A model generated the notes under the pieces. That model had not been told where the DNA came from, did no database searches, and saw only the letters and a list, made by a program, of their open reading frames with translations. Shown one piece after another: positions 38,673 through 48,888 of a stretch of 64,000 bases of DNA (positions are counted from its first letter, which is position 1; every line of letters starts with the position of its first letter). Source of the stretch: an uncultured Lachnospiraceae bacterium (GTDB lineage Bacteria > Bacillota > Clostridia > Lachnospirales > Lachnospiraceae); assembly GCA_910583895.1 (NCBI GenBank), contig CAJTYJ010000018.1, forward strand, positions 251 through 64,250, given 5' to 3'. Both the position numbers and the translations under genes were made by a program.

Positions 38673-39856
38673 ACCGCTCCCTCCTCTGCATAGATGATCT
38701 TCTGGATTTCATTTTTCCGGGCATAGGCTTCATAATCCCGGCCGATCCGCTCCGGCACAAGCTCCACCGCCATTCCCTGCCCCCGAAGCTCCACCGCCTT
38801 TTGAATGGCCAGCTCTGCCTGGGACGCCCGGTACACGATCATCGCCTTTGGCACCTTTACATCCATGGCCACCTTTTGCCTGGAAAGCGCGTTTAGAAGC
38901 CTGTCCACGACAAAAGCGAACCCGGTGGCCGGCGCAGGCTTTCCAAAATGGTCCATCAGCGTATCATAACGCCCGCCTTTGGCCACCGCCTCTCCGGTTC
39001 CGTACGTATAGGCCTGGAAGATAATACCGGTATAATACTTGTATTTGCTGACTACCCCAAGATCAAAGGTGATATAGTTCTCATATCCATAGCTGCAGAG
39101 CAGATCATAAATTCTGCGCAGCCGTTCCAGCGCCCGCTTGGCATCCTCCGTCACGGCACAGGCGTCCGCTTTTTCCAAGATTTCCACAGAACCAAACAGA
39201 TCCGGAACCGCTGCAAACGCTTCCTTAAGTCCCAGCCGGATGGGCAGAGGATCCAAAAGTTCCCGGACCCCGTAGATGTTTTTGTTGGAGATCAGCTCCC
39301 GGAGAGCTGCCTCTGTCTCCTCACTGAGCCTGGATTCTCTCAGAAGACTTTTGAAAAAATCCACATGCCCGATGCTGACCTGAAATTCCGTCAGCCCGGT
39401 CTTCAGAAGAGATTCTGCTACCAGTGCAATCAGCTCGGCGTCGGCTTCCACGCTGCCGTCCCCGATCAGCTCGGCTCCAAGCTGGGTATTTTCCTTTAAC
39501 CGCCCCTGAAAATCGGAGTTGTTGATAAACGTGTTCGCCACATAACACAGACGAACCGGCATGTCCTCCTCCGTAAAATATTTCGCCACCGCCCGGGCGA
39601 TGGACGGGGTGATGTCCGGTCTTAACACCAGGGTATTCCCCTCACGGTCAAAGAATTTGAACAATTCCCTGGAAGCCACCGTGCCCACCTCTTTGCTGAA
39701 CACGTCGAAAAACTCAAAGGTAGGAGTCTGGATATCCTCATAGCCGTAGCTGTGCAGCACGCCGTGCAGTACTTCCTGCACATGATTTTTCCGGCGGCAT
39801 TCACCATTGTAGATATCCCGCACCCCTTCAGGGGTATGTAAAATCTGTTTATACAT
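38669..39856 (-). CDS. hisZ: ATP phosphoribosyltransferase regulatory subunit
   Basis: 395-aa HisRS-like paralogue lacking the anticodon-binding domain. Overlaps hisG by 4 nt. Confidence 0.88.
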   Translation of the reverse strand: MYKQILHTPEGVRDIYNGECRRKNHVQEVLHGVLHSYGYEDIQTPTFEFFDVFSKEVGTVASRELFKFFDREGNTLVLRPDITPSIARAVAKYFTEEDMPVRLCYVANTFINNSDFQGRLKENTQLGAELIGDGSVEADAELIALVAESLLKTGLTEFQVSIGHVDFFKSLLRESRLSEETEAALRELISNKNIYGVRELLDPLPIRLGLKEAFAAVPDLFGSVEILEKADACAVTEDAKRALERLRRIYDLLCSYGYENYITFDLGVVSKYKYYTGIIFQAYTYGTGEAVAKGGRYDTLMDHFGKPAPATGFAFVVDRLLNALSRQKVAMDVKVPKAMIVYRASQAELAIQKAVELRGQGMAVELVPERIGRDYEAYARKNEIQKIIYAEEGAV

Positions 39857-39914
39857 GATCGGTCCCTTTCACTTTATCATGGTAAATCGTTACTTTATTA
39901 AAGACAATATGTGT

Positions 39915-39942
39915 ATTATACCACGTCATCCGGGATTGTCAA
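39915..39942 (-). promoter_or_regulatory. Near-consensus sigma-A promoter for the his operon
   Basis: The minus strand reads TTGACA-16 nt-(TGG)TATAAT, with an extended -10. The -35 box lies inside the last codons of recU. The hisZ ATG is about 60 nt downstream. Confidence 0.55.
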
Positions 39943-40471
39943 CCTCCGATTCCAGATCCAGCGACAAAGGCTCCAGATACGGCACCAGAAATCCGTTTCC
40001 CCCATGGAAAAAATAAGCCGGATCCAGTTCCTCCATCCGAAAACTTTTGCGTCCCCCTTCCCGGGCCCGGTTCCAGAACGTCAATAGCTGCCGGATGTGC
40101 AGATAATAGAACATCTGTTCTCCTGTGTAGTGGATAATCAGAAAGGACTTCCCGCCCTGCCTTTCGAAATCCTGCATAAAAGCCACCTGATGCTCATGAA
40201 CGTTTTGCAGGGGAAAGGTCCTGGCATTGCATTCCTTGGCATCAAAACAGACCGGGATTCCCTGGACGGCTCCAATATAGTCCACCGTACTCTTCTGCTC
40301 AAAATAAGCCAGTGTAATGTGACGGTGTTCCTTATCAATTTTGATCGGCGTGATGGGAGTCGGTACTTTCTGGATTAATGCAAGACCTTTCTCCCGGTAT
40401 TTTTCATTGGTTCGATTGATCATATCTTCCAGGGTGGATCCCCGAAGTCCCCGCGTATTCCAGGTAGACAT
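39926..40471 (-). CDS. recU: Holliday junction resolvase RecU
   Basis: 181 aa. RG..LE..IN.TNE.Y N-terminus, VDYIG and FDAKE catalytic motifs. Confidence 0.88.
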   Translation of the reverse strand: MSTWNTRGLRGSTLEDMINRTNEKYREKGLALIQKVPTPITPIKIDKEHRHITLAYFEQKSTVDYIGAVQGIPVCFDAKECNARTFPLQNVHEHQVAFMQDFERQGGKSFLIIHYTGEQMFYYLHIRQLLTFWNRAREGGRKSFRMEELDPAYFFHGGNGFLVPYLEPLSLDLESEVDNPG

Positions 40472-40473
40472 CC

Positions 40474-41487
40474 TTATCCCATCCTTCCTTCATCCGCGCA
40501 TGCTTTGAGGATTTTTCGCATCAGAACCGGAGGTTCTGCCTGAAAAATCTGTCCGGAAAGCGCTTCAAAGGGTGCTTCCAGGACCGGCATTTCCAGACGG
40601 CCGGCGTGCAGAAGCTGGCTGTGGAGACCATAACGCTTTTTGTAGGTTTCGTTGATCTTTTGGCTGCCGTACTTGTAATCCCCGATGATCGGATGTCCTT
40701 CGGAGGCAAGATGGGCGCGGATCTGGTGAGAACGTCCGGTGATCAGACAGACCTCTAAAAGTGTGCTGTCAGAAAACACCTGCAAAGGGCGGTATTTTGT
40801 CTCAATGTAGGCCGTCTCCTCCCCCTCACAATTTTGAATCCGCACCTTGTTGGTCTTCGGATCTTTTTCCAGATATCCCTGGATGCTCTGTTCGTTTCGG
40901 ACCTGACCTGCCACAAGACACTGATAATACTTATGCATGGTTCGCTCCCGGAGAAGCTCGGACATCTTCCGAAGTCCTGCGACCGATTTGCCGCAGATCA
41001 CAATACCGCTGGTGTTGCGGTCCAGGCGGTTGCAGACGGAAGGGCGAAACGCATAGTTTACCTGGACAGCACCGTTGGGAGCTGCTTTCTCTTTTCCCCT
41101 TTGCTGCTCCAAATATCCCAGCAAATATTCATTCAGGGATACATCGGACGGCTTTGCTTTCTGCGTCAGCATACCCACGGGCTTGTTGATCAAGATCACA
41201 TGGGCGTCTTCGTAGAGGATGTCCAGTGCAGTCACCGGATAGACAGCCGCCTTTTTTTCTTCCGGCACTCCGGCAAATTTCTCATAAGTCTCCTGGGATA
41301 AAAAGATACAGATCTCGTCGCCCGCCTGCACCTTTTCGCTGCCATCTGCTTTCTTTCGATTGAGTGTTATGTTTTTTTTGCGCAGCATTTTGTAAAGGAA
41401 GCTTCGGGGTGCTTCTTTCAGGTATCTGGACAGAAGCTTGTCCAGTCTCTGCCCGGCTTCTGTCTGTTCTACGGTGATTTGTTTCAT
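40474..41487 (-). CDS. RluA-family pseudouridine synthase with N-terminal S4 domain
   Basis: 337 aa. S4-like RLDKLLSRYL, catalytic NRLDRNTSGIVICGKS, and GRSHQIRAHL. Confidence 0.88.
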   Translation of the reverse strand: MKQITVEQTEAGQRLDKLLSRYLKEAPRSFLYKMLRKKNITLNRKKADGSEKVQAGDEICIFLSQETYEKFAGVPEEKKAAVYPVTALDILYEDAHVILINKPVGMLTQKAKPSDVSLNEYLLGYLEQQRGKEKAAPNGAVQVNYAFRPSVCNRLDRNTSGIVICGKSVAGLRKMSELLRERTMHKYYQCLVAGQVRNEQSIQGYLEKDPKTNKVRIQNCEGEETAYIETKYRPLQVFSDSTLLEVCLITGRSHQIRAHLASEGHPIIGDYKYGSQKINETYKKRYGLHSQLLHAGRLEMPVLEAPFEALSGQIFQAEPPVLMRKILKACADEGRMG

Positions 41488-41499
41488 TTTGACTTACTC

Positions 41500-42099
41500 C
41501 TACAAGGTGATGGACTGCAAAAGGTGCACCACAATCTCATCCCTGTCCGCTCCCGGATAACGATCGTCTCCATGGAAAGGGACCGGCTCCGGTTTTGTCT
41601 GTGCCATCTTTTTCAGCTGTTTTAAAAAGGCTTCCGGCTCTTTTAAGATCCGCACCCGCTGCTTGTATGAACTGTTTTTCAGCATCCGGCGGATATGTTC
41701 CGCCGCTTCTTTGGGATCCAGGGAAGCTTCGCCGGAAAAACCGATCACCTCTCTTCCCCACACGGCCACACATTCTATATAATAATTCTTCTCATATGAA
41801 GTAAATACATTTTCATAGAGAACTGGAAGATCCCCTCTGACTGCTTCGATCTGTTCATAAAGGCTCCGGTCCATGGAGGCGTAACGGCCGGCCAGGATCG
41901 CCCGGACCACCTGGTTGCAGCCGGGCAGGCAGCCGACTACGGCCACCACCGTCATGACATTTTCTCTGGTTCCTTTTAGAATCCATGCCCCAAGAAAAAT
42001 CAGAATCGGCACAGACAGCATGAAAGCTGCTTTTTTCCAGGCTAATATTTTGTTGCAGTTTAAATACCCAAAGGTACCTTTTTCCGTCTTTTTTTGCAT
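41500..42099 (-). CDS. Hypothetical membrane protein
   Basis: 199 aa, two N-terminal TM helices. The start abuts the YgiQ stop (42100). No recognisable motif. Confidence 0.55.
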   Translation of the reverse strand: MQKKTEKGTFGYLNCNKILAWKKAAFMLSVPILIFLGAWILKGTRENVMTVVAVVGCLPGCNQVVRAILAGRYASMDRSLYEQIEAVRGDLPVLYENVFTSYEKNYYIECVAVWGREVIGFSGEASLDPKEAAEHIRRMLKNSSYKQRVRILKEPEAFLKQLKKMAQTKPEPVPFHGDDRYPGADRDEIVVHLLQSITL

Positions 42100-44082
42100 C
42101 TATCGCTCCTGTTTCTTCCGGTGCACATTTCGGATGGTCTTTTTCTGACTCCGGGTCTTCTGCCCCTTTTGCTTTGGACCTGTTTTTTTGGCATCCGGCC
42201 TGTCTTTGGCATCCGGACGGATCAGACAGCCGGGTCCAAAGCCGATCAGATCTTCCCGTCCGGCCAGTTTCAGAGCTTCTTTTACCAGTTTTCGGTTCCC
42301 GGGATTCCGATACTGAATCAGGGCTCTTTGCAGTTCTTTCTCATGGAGGCTTCGGGGAACATAGACCGGCTGTCCGGTCCTTGGGTCCAGCCCGGTATAA
42401 TACATACAGGTGGATATGGTGGAAGGGGTAGGGTAAAAATCCTGTACCTGTTCCGGCATATAGCCCAGATCCCTGCAGTATTCTGCAAGCTTTACCGCCT
42501 CCTTCATGGTGCTGCCCGGATGGGAGGACATCAGATAAGGGACCAGATACTGCTTTTTCTGAAGCTTTTCGTTCATCTTTTTATATTGGCCGGCAAATGC
42601 TGTATATACAGCGTGTTTTGGTTTTCCCATACAGGAGAGTACCGGATCGCTTACATGCTCCGGCGCCACCTTCAGCTGACCGCTCACATGATAGCGACAG
42701 AGTTCCTCCAGAAAAGGACTTTTTTTATCTGCCAGCACATAGTCAAAACGGATACCGGAGCGGATGAATACTTTCTTCACTTTGGGAAGCTTTCGCAGTT
42801 CTCGAAGAAGCAAAAGATAATCCTGGTGGTCCGCCTTCAGATTACTGCAGGGTTCTGGAAAAAGGCACTGACGGTTTGGACATGCCCCTCTGGTTTTCTG
42901 CTTTTCGCAGGCAGGGGTGCGAAAATCTGCCGTGGGACCGCCCACATCGTGAATATAGCCCTTAAAATCTGTATCCTCTGTCATCTTCCGGGCTTCTTTT
43001 AAAAGGGATTCCCGGCTTCTGGCCTGGACGATCCGCCCCTGGTGAAAAGTCAGTGCACAGAAAGAACAGCCTCCAAAACAGCCTCTGCAGCTTACCAGGC
43101 TGAATTTCACCTCCGAGAGAGCCGGAATCCCCCCTGCCGCATCGTACATAGGATGCCAGGTCCGGGTGTAGGGAAGTTCATAGATCTTGTCCATCTCTTC
43201 CTGGGTCAGCGGCCTGGAAGCCGGATTCTGCACCACGTAGCAGTTTTTGGAATATTCCTCTGCCAGCCGTCTGCCGGAGAAAGGATCGGTGTTCTGATAC
43301 TGAATCAGAAAACTTTTGGCATAATATTTTTTCTCTTCCAGCAGTTTTTCGTATGCGGGAAGGAGGAGATAGTCAGAGAGCTCTGTAAGGGATCTTACCT
43401 TGCAGACCGTTCCCGGAATGTCTGTCATCTTCTGCACCGGAATCCCGGCGGCCAGAGCCTTTGCGATGGCCAGCACCGATCGCTCTCCCATGCCGTAGGA
43501 GATCAGGTCCGCTCCGCTTTCCAGCAGAATCGAACGGCGCATAGAATCTGACCAGTAGTCATAATGTGCCAGCCTCCGAAGGGAAGCTTCGATGCCTCCA
43601 AGGATCACAGGCGTTTTTTTATAGGTCTGCCGGATCAGATTGCAGTAGACGATGGCCGCCCGGTCCGGCCTTTTTCCCATCACGCCTCCGGGAGAATACT
43701 GATCTTTGCTTCGATGCTTTTTTGCCGCCGTGTAGTGGTTGACCATGGAATCCATATTTCCGGCGGATACCAGAAAACCAAGGCGCGGCTCACCAAAGAC
43801 CGTGACGCTTTCTTTATCGCGAAAATCGGGCTGCGGCACGATCGCCACCGTATAGCCGTGAGACCAGAGCACCCGGCTGATGATGGCCGGGCCAAAAGAA
43901 GGATGATCCACGTAGGCATCCCCGATGATATAGACAAAGTCCGGCTGCCGGATCTGGAGCTCTCTTAAATCCTCCCTGCATACCGGAAGAAATCCTCTGG
44001 AAACTGCAGAAGCTTCTGCTTTTTGCCCTTTTTTGCCTTTTGGCTCCTGATGCGGATTCCTATGGTTGTTCATCCAAGGCAC
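42100..44082 (-). CDS. YgiQ family (UPF0313) radical SAM protein
   Basis: 660 aa. N-terminal YgiQ domain (DFVYIIGDAYVDHPSFGPAIISRVL), radical-SAM cluster CRGCFGGCSFC, and a Lys/Arg-rich C-terminal tail. Confidence 0.85.
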   Translation of the reverse strand: MPWMNNHRNPHQEPKGKKGQKAEASAVSRGFLPVCREDLRELQIRQPDFVYIIGDAYVDHPSFGPAIISRVLWSHGYTVAIVPQPDFRDKESVTVFGEPRLGFLVSAGNMDSMVNHYTAAKKHRSKDQYSPGGVMGKRPDRAAIVYCNLIRQTYKKTPVILGGIEASLRRLAHYDYWSDSMRRSILLESGADLISYGMGERSVLAIAKALAAGIPVQKMTDIPGTVCKVRSLTELSDYLLLPAYEKLLEEKKYYAKSFLIQYQNTDPFSGRRLAEEYSKNCYVVQNPASRPLTQEEMDKIYELPYTRTWHPMYDAAGGIPALSEVKFSLVSCRGCFGGCSFCALTFHQGRIVQARSRESLLKEARKMTEDTDFKGYIHDVGGPTADFRTPACEKQKTRGACPNRQCLFPEPCSNLKADHQDYLLLLRELRKLPKVKKVFIRSGIRFDYVLADKKSPFLEELCRYHVSGQLKVAPEHVSDPVLSCMGKPKHAVYTAFAGQYKKMNEKLQKKQYLVPYLMSSHPGSTMKEAVKLAEYCRDLGYMPEQVQDFYPTPSTISTCMYYTGLDPRTGQPVYVPRSLHEKELQRALIQYRNPGNRKLVKEALKLAGREDLIGFGPGCLIRPDAKDRPDAKKTGPKQKGQKTRSQKKTIRNVHRKKQER

Positions 44083-44809
44083 CTGTCCTTTCTCCTGCAG
44101 CCTGTGTTTTCAGTTTGTAAACCTCTTCCTTTGTCAGCGGCCGGTATTGGCCGGCAAAAAGCGTATCGTCCAGCACAAGCGTGCCCATGCGCAGCCGTTT
44201 CAGATAAGTTACCTGACAGCCGATTGATTCGAACATACGTTTGATCTGGTGATACTTTCCCTCCCGGATGGTGATCTCCACTTCGCTTTCTTCCCCGCTT
44301 TTTTGGATCACCAGATCTGCCGGAAGCGTGCAGCGCTTTTCTCCAATGTCCAGCCCTTCCAGAAATTTTGCCGCGTGCTCCGCTGTCACCCTTCCTGCCA
44401 CTTTTGCATAATAGATTTTGTCCACATGCTTTCTGGGAGACAGCAGCTGATGGGCCAGTTCGCCGTCATTGGTCAGAAGCAGAAGCCCCTCCGTATCCTT
44501 GTCCAGCCGTCCCACAGGAAACAACTGCTTCCAGGACGGTTCCTCAATCAAGTCCAGAACCGTCTGCTCTTTTCGGTCCTGGGTGGCAGAGACCACGCCG
44601 GCCGGCTTGTGGAGCATCAGATACACAAAAGGGGCATACACCGCCTCTTTCCCGGCGCACTCCACCTGGTCCCTGTCTTCATCAATCTTTTGTTCCGGCT
44701 GCTTCACTGTCTCCTGGTTCACCGTGACCAGTCCCTTTTTCAGAAGGGCTTTTACCTGGCTTCTGGTTCCAAATCCTGTCTCACACAAAAATTTGTCCAG
44801 CCGCATCAT
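44060..44809 (-). CDS. RsuA/RluB-family pseudouridine synthase
   Basis: Start trimmed to MMRLDKFLCETG (S4 domain). Catalytic GRLDKDTEGLLLLTNDG, then GKYHQIKRMF. Confidence 0.88.
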   Translation of the reverse strand: MMRLDKFLCETGFGTRSQVKALLKKGLVTVNQETVKQPEQKIDEDRDQVECAGKEAVYAPFVYLMLHKPAGVVSATQDRKEQTVLDLIEEPSWKQLFPVGRLDKDTEGLLLLTNDGELAHQLLSPRKHVDKIYYAKVAGRVTAEHAAKFLEGLDIGEKRCTLPADLVIQKSGEESEVEITIREGKYHQIKRMFESIGCQVTYLKRLRMGTLVLDDTLFAGQYRPLTKEEVYKLKTQAAGERTGALDEQP

Positions 44810-46185
44810 GCGTTCATCCTCCAACCGAAAAAATATTTGTTGCGCAGAGTCCCCCGGATCAGTTTTCCCCACCCAAGGGGATAGCCGTCCACACAGACCA
44901 GCTGCCAGCCCTCCGGCCGGCTGCTCTCTCCTGCTTCCAACTCCAAAGTCTCTCCTTTCAGATAACGCAGAACCCGGCTGTCCGAGGCCGGCAGATCAAC
45001 AACCGAAGCATAGTCTTCCTTTTTCAGCACCATGGCAAAGGCCTGACTCGGCTCAAAGCGCTTTTTCAAAAGCTCGCCCAGATACAGTCCGGTGCGCAGC
45101 GTCCGAAGTCCCGGACAGCGCCCGATCCCCTCCGGTATCCAGAATACTTTTGTGTTCAGAATCTGTATCCCGGCCGGATCAAAGGGCAGCTTCACATCTT
45201 TTAAAAACTCTGACAACTCCGGGGGCAGTTTTGTCATCCGTTTTCTTCTCGTCAGCCTGTCCAAAAGAGCCTCCCCGTCTTTTGTAAGAAGCGCCAGAAA
45301 GTGCCCTTCCCCGTCGATCTTATGGGGAAACAGCCGGATACATTTTTCCAGCGGAAAAGCACTTCCCACAAGCTTTGGGTTGCCCGGGCAAAATCCCTCA
45401 TGCAGAGGAAGATCTGCCAGATGAAAGTCCGGATGTTTGTTTAAAAATGCATCCACGCTGCCCTCATTTTCCAACTCCGAAAAGGTACAGGTAGAATAAA
45501 GCATCATCCCTCCGGGTTTTAAAAGCGCTGCCGCCTGATCCAGGATCTCCCGCTGCATTTTGGCAAACACGCCTGGTCCCTGCTTTTCCCAGGCCGGAAT
45601 CATATGGGACTGCTTTCGAAACATGCCCTCCCCGGAACAAGGCGCGTCGATTAGGATCTTGTCAAAAAATTCATGGAAATGCGCATCCAGTTGATCCCCC
45701 ATGGCACTGGTGATCAGGATATTTGGCATACCGAACACTTCCAGATTTTTCAGCAGCGCTTTTGTCCTGGAAGCACTGGCGTCATTGGCCACCAGAAATC
45801 CTGTATGATTTAGCTTTGCTGCCAGTTCTGTCGCTTTGCCTCCAGGAGCCGCGCACAGATCCAGCACCCGCTCCCCTTCTTCGACGGGCAGTACGCTGGC
45901 CGGAGTCATGGCGCTTGGCTCCTGGATATAATAAAGTCCGGCATAATAATAAGGATGCTTTGTAGGCGCATCCTCTTCGGTGTAATAATAACCGTTCGAA
46001 ATCCAGGGCACCCGCCTCAGACTGCGAAAAGGGCTGATCCTGTCAAACTCTTCCACGGAAATCTTGGAAGTGTTCACCCGAAGCCCCATATACCGCGGTT
46101 TTTTGTAACTTTCCAGATATGCTCCCAGTTCTTCTTCTCCCAGGATTTTCTTCATATTTTCCACAAATGCTGCTGGCAGCTCCAT
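44806..46185 (-). CDS. RsmB/RsmF (NOL1/NOP2/Sun) family rRNA cytosine-C5 methyltransferase
   Basis: Start trimmed to MELPAAFVENM. SAM site VLDLCAAPGGKATEL, catalytic ILIDAPCSGEGMFRK and YSTCT. Confidence 0.88.
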   Translation of the reverse strand: MELPAAFVENMKKILGEEELGAYLESYKKPRYMGLRVNTSKISVEEFDRISPFRSLRRVPWISNGYYYTEEDAPTKHPYYYAGLYYIQEPSAMTPASVLPVEEGERVLDLCAAPGGKATELAAKLNHTGFLVANDASASRTKALLKNLEVFGMPNILITSAMGDQLDAHFHEFFDKILIDAPCSGEGMFRKQSHMIPAWEKQGPGVFAKMQREILDQAAALLKPGGMMLYSTCTFSELENEGSVDAFLNKHPDFHLADLPLHEGFCPGNPKLVGSAFPLEKCIRLFPHKIDGEGHFLALLTKDGEALLDRLTRRKRMTKLPPELSEFLKDVKLPFDPAGIQILNTKVFWIPEGIGRCPGLRTLRTGLYLGELLKKRFEPSQAFAMVLKKEDYASVVDLPASDSRVLRYLKGETLELEAGESSRPEGWQLVCVDGYPLGWGKLIRGTLRNKYFFGWRMNA

Positions 46186-46213
46186 CTTTTTATCCTTCCT
46201 GTCTTTTCTGAAC

Positions 46214-46266
46214 TTTATTCCCGCGAGCAACGAACCAAGCGGCTGCTTGCAGCGGGGTATTTGATT
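46214..46266. repeat. Palindromic intergenic repeat (short copy)
   Basis: The minus strand reads AATCAAATACCCCGCTGCAAGCAGCCGCTTGGTTCGTTGCTCGCGGGAATAAA. This equals the two ends of the 12068-12197 element with 3 mismatches. Confidence 0.8.
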
Positions 46267-46335
46267 TTGCCAGATAACCTGTCGGAATGTCCGTCCACTG
46301 TATCGCTTAGTTCCCCATTATACCACATCTTTGAC

Positions 46336-47001
46336 TTAATAAGAATAACTTAATTTCTTATTTTCCAGGTATTTCAGCATCCAGTAAGGATTTACTGCCA
46401 TCTCCTGATCCGCACCCAAAGGCACATACACGCCCAGATGCAGATGTACGGGAAACTGTCCGGTGGTCCCTTCCGGCCCGTAACCGGTATCTCCCATAAA
46501 TCCAAGGACGTCTCCTGCCGCCACCAAGTCTCCGGCCTTCCAGTCTCTGGCATAGGAGTCCAGATGCGCATAATAGTAGTAATTTCCTCCCCCGGAACGC
46601 ACCCCCACGCGCCAGCCGCCCTTTTCCAGCCAGCCGATCTGTTCGATGACGCCGTCTGTGATGCTGACCACCGGATAATAGCCCGACTGGTCCAAAGATG
46701 CCATCAGATCCGTACCTTCGTGGCTGCGCTTTCCTCCGTAGTTCCGCTCTGCCATCCAGGAATTTTCAAAAGCCACCTGTGCCTGTTGGTTGGTGCTGGA
46801 TTCCGGCACCGGAAACCAGACCAGTTCCTCCCAGACCAGCTCCAGGGTATCTCGGTAAAGCTCAAAATCTCCCCTGGTATTTTGTTCCGGCAAAAGTTGT
46901 GCTTCTAAAAGTTCTTCCAGCCAGATCATCTCTCCTTGTACGATGCAATTCAGCAAAAGCACCACCGTCAGATAACATGCAATTTTGCGCATTTGACTCA
47001 T
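46336..47001 (-). CDS. M23 family metallopeptidase (secreted)
   Basis: 221 aa. Signal peptide, then HEGTDL, YYAHL and HLHLG (LytM-type HxxxD / HxH) motifs. Confidence 0.88.
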   Translation of the reverse strand: MSQMRKIACYLTVVLLLNCIVQGEMIWLEELLEAQLLPEQNTRGDFELYRDTLELVWEELVWFPVPESSTNQQAQVAFENSWMAERNYGGKRSHEGTDLMASLDQSGYYPVVSITDGVIEQIGWLEKGGWRVGVRSGGGNYYYYAHLDSYARDWKAGDLVAAGDVLGFMGDTGYGPEGTTGQFPVHLHLGVYVPLGADQEMAVNPYWMLKYLENKKLSYSY

Positions 47002-47056
47002 ATTTTACCGCTTGCCCCATAAAATGTAGGGAATTAGTTCATTATATGGTGACGGT

Positions 47057-47998
47057 TTGAAAAAGATACTTTTCATTCTGGCGGTATCCGCTCTGATCCT
47101 TTTGCTGTTTTCCCACCCGGGAGTGGCCGCCGCCGGCTGTTCTGCGGGACTGACTCTCTGGTATACGGCAGTGCTGCCCTCTCTTCTGCCCTTTTTGATC
47201 TTTTCCAATCTTCTGATGGCCACCGGGTTGTTCCGATATCTGAATCCGGTCTACGCTCCTTTCTTAAAACGGCTGTTTCGCATCTCGGATGAGGGCTGCT
47301 ATGGCGTCCTTCTTGGATTTCTGTGCGGTTTTCCCATGGGAGCCAAAGTCATCGCCGACCTGGTCAGAGAAAGACATATTTCCGAAGAAGAAGGTGCTTA
47401 TCTCCTTGGATTCTGCAACAATGTAAGTCCCGCTTTTTTTCTGAACTATGTCTGTCTGCAAAAGCTTGGCTATCCTTTTGTCCCCTGGAATCTGGTAGGG
47501 TTGTTTTACCTTCTTCCCCTGCTGTATGGCATTTTTACAAGACCTTTTTATCACTTCTGCGTACAGCCATCGCAAAAAAAACAGGTCATCCTGCACCGGC
47601 TGGATTTTCCGATGCTGGATACCTGTATTATGGACGGATTCTCCACAATCACCCGACTGGGAGGATATATTATCCTGTTCACCATTTTGGTGCAGTTTTT
47701 GAACCTTTTACCCATCACTCCTGCCCTGCTGGCTTTTTTCAGCTCTTTTTTGGAGATCAGCTGCGGCGCCAATCAGATCGCCGCACTTCCCGGGTTGTCT
47801 GATCTGCACCGTACGGCCTTTGTATGTACCGGATCTGCCTTTGGAGGTCTTTGTATTTGTGCCCAGACAAAAAGCGTTCTTTCTGGTACCTCCCTGTCTG
47901 TTAAAACCTGGCTGAAAGGCCGGATCAGGATTGCTCTCCTTGTGTTTCTTCTGGTGCAGCTTCCGGCTGTGGTGCCAGCTCTGCGCGGTTGCTGGTGA
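47057..47998 (+). CDS. ylbJ: Sporulation integral membrane protein YlbJ-like (nucleoside-recognition domain)
   Basis: 313 aa, TTG start. Contains GLTLWYTAVLPSLLPFLIFSNLL and FLCGFPMGAK, typical of YlbJ. Confidence 0.75.
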   Translation: MKKILFILAVSALILLLFSHPGVAAAGCSAGLTLWYTAVLPSLLPFLIFSNLLMATGLFRYLNPVYAPFLKRLFRISDEGCYGVLLGFLCGFPMGAKVIADLVRERHISEEEGAYLLGFCNNVSPAFFLNYVCLQKLGYPFVPWNLVGLFYLLPLLYGIFTRPFYHFCVQPSQKKQVILHRLDFPMLDTCIMDGFSTITRLGGYIILFTILVQFLNLLPITPALLAFFSSFLEISCGANQIAALPGLSDLHRTAFVCTGSAFGGLCICAQTKSVLSGTSLSVKTWLKGRIRIALLVFLLVQLPAVVPALRGCW

Positions 47999-48509
47999 TC
48001 TCACTGTAAAAATCCCGGAACTGATTCATCATGGCTTCGTAGCGGGTATTGGAATTATCCACCAGACGCTGCACCATCTCCTGCAAAACCGCGAGCTGAT
48101 CGTCTGTATACTGGATTGCGCCGAGACGAATATCGTTGGCATCCCGTGTGGCATCGTTTAAAATATCCTGAGCCTGCTGGGTCGCAGTGTCAATCACCTG
48201 ATTCGCCTGCTCGTATGCCTGCTGCATGATTTCATGCTCGTTGACCATCTCCTGGTTCTGGATGTTTGCCTGGGCCACGATGGCCTGCGCTTTCTTCTGG
48301 GCATCCGCCAGGATCGCATCCTTGTTGGCCAGTACCTTCTGATACCGCTTGATCTCTTCCGGCGTTTTCATCCGAAGTTCTCTTAGCAGTTCCTCCAGCC
48401 TCACCCTGTCCACGATGATCTTGTCCCCGGAACTAAGAAGCGGCCCTTTGCAGGTGTCAATATAATCTTCGATTTCTTCAATAATCTGTTCAATGCGGCT
48501 GTTGCTCAT
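47925..48509 (-). CDS. Hypothetical coiled-coil protein (Q/A-rich)
   Basis: 194 aa. AGGAGGAG RBS. The long helical region is reminiscent of ATPase-subunit-H/DivIVA-like proteins. Its 3' end overlaps ylbJ by 74 nt. Confidence 0.6.
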   Translation of the reverse strand: MSNSRIEQIIEEIEDYIDTCKGPLLSSGDKIIVDRVRLEELLRELRMKTPEEIKRYQKVLANKDAILADAQKKAQAIVAQANIQNQEMVNEHEIMQQAYEQANQVIDTATQQAQDILNDATRDANDIRLGAIQYTDDQLAVLQEMVQRLVDNSNTRYEAMMNQFRDFYSEITSNRAELAPQPEAAPEETQGEQS

Positions 48510-48645
48510 CTTTTCCTTACTCCTCCTGACTGTCCTGTCATAACGTTTTCTATTTCTACTTTAAAACACGCTTCTGTACTTTCCCTGTAACAATCAGCCC
48601 TTCTTGGTTATGTAACGGTTCAGCAAAAAACTGAATTGTTACGCT

Positions 48646-48888
48646 TCATTCATAAAACTTTGTAATTTCATGGTAATTATAACTGAACACAGACATTTGC
48701 GCAAGGTATAATTCTTTAAAATGGATTGCCTTACCGGCTCCATTGTTATTCCATAACTGTACTGCCCCATGACGAATCAGCGGAGTGATTAGCCATAGTG
48801 TGAACAGCAACGCTCCATTACCGTGCTGATTCCACACCAGGCAGCAAAGTGACCGGCGCAGTGTGAAAAATAACTTTGTAAATTTTTT
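48646..48888 (-). pseudogene. Possible GNAT acetyltransferase remnant
   Basis: The open frame reads ...LVWNQHGNGALLFTLWLITPLIRHGAVQLWNNNGAGKAIHFKELY. This resembles the GNAT Q/R-x-x-G-x-G/A acetyl-CoA loop and the ...N..AI.FY..(L)G(F) tail. It has no ATG or RBS, an in-frame TAA upstream, and is far too short for a functional GNAT. Confidence 0.25.

Noticed and set aside
39857-39925. A T-box or attenuator leader in front of the his operon.
   Set aside because: The leader is only about 60-70 nt and is occupied by a promoter and the RBS. It is too short for a T-box, and no His-codon leader peptide is present.
42094-43002. A 302-aa plus-strand ORF antisense to the YgiQ radical-SAM gene.
   Set aside because: It is a shadow ORF. 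The YgiQ frame carries the CxxxCxxC cluster and family motifs.
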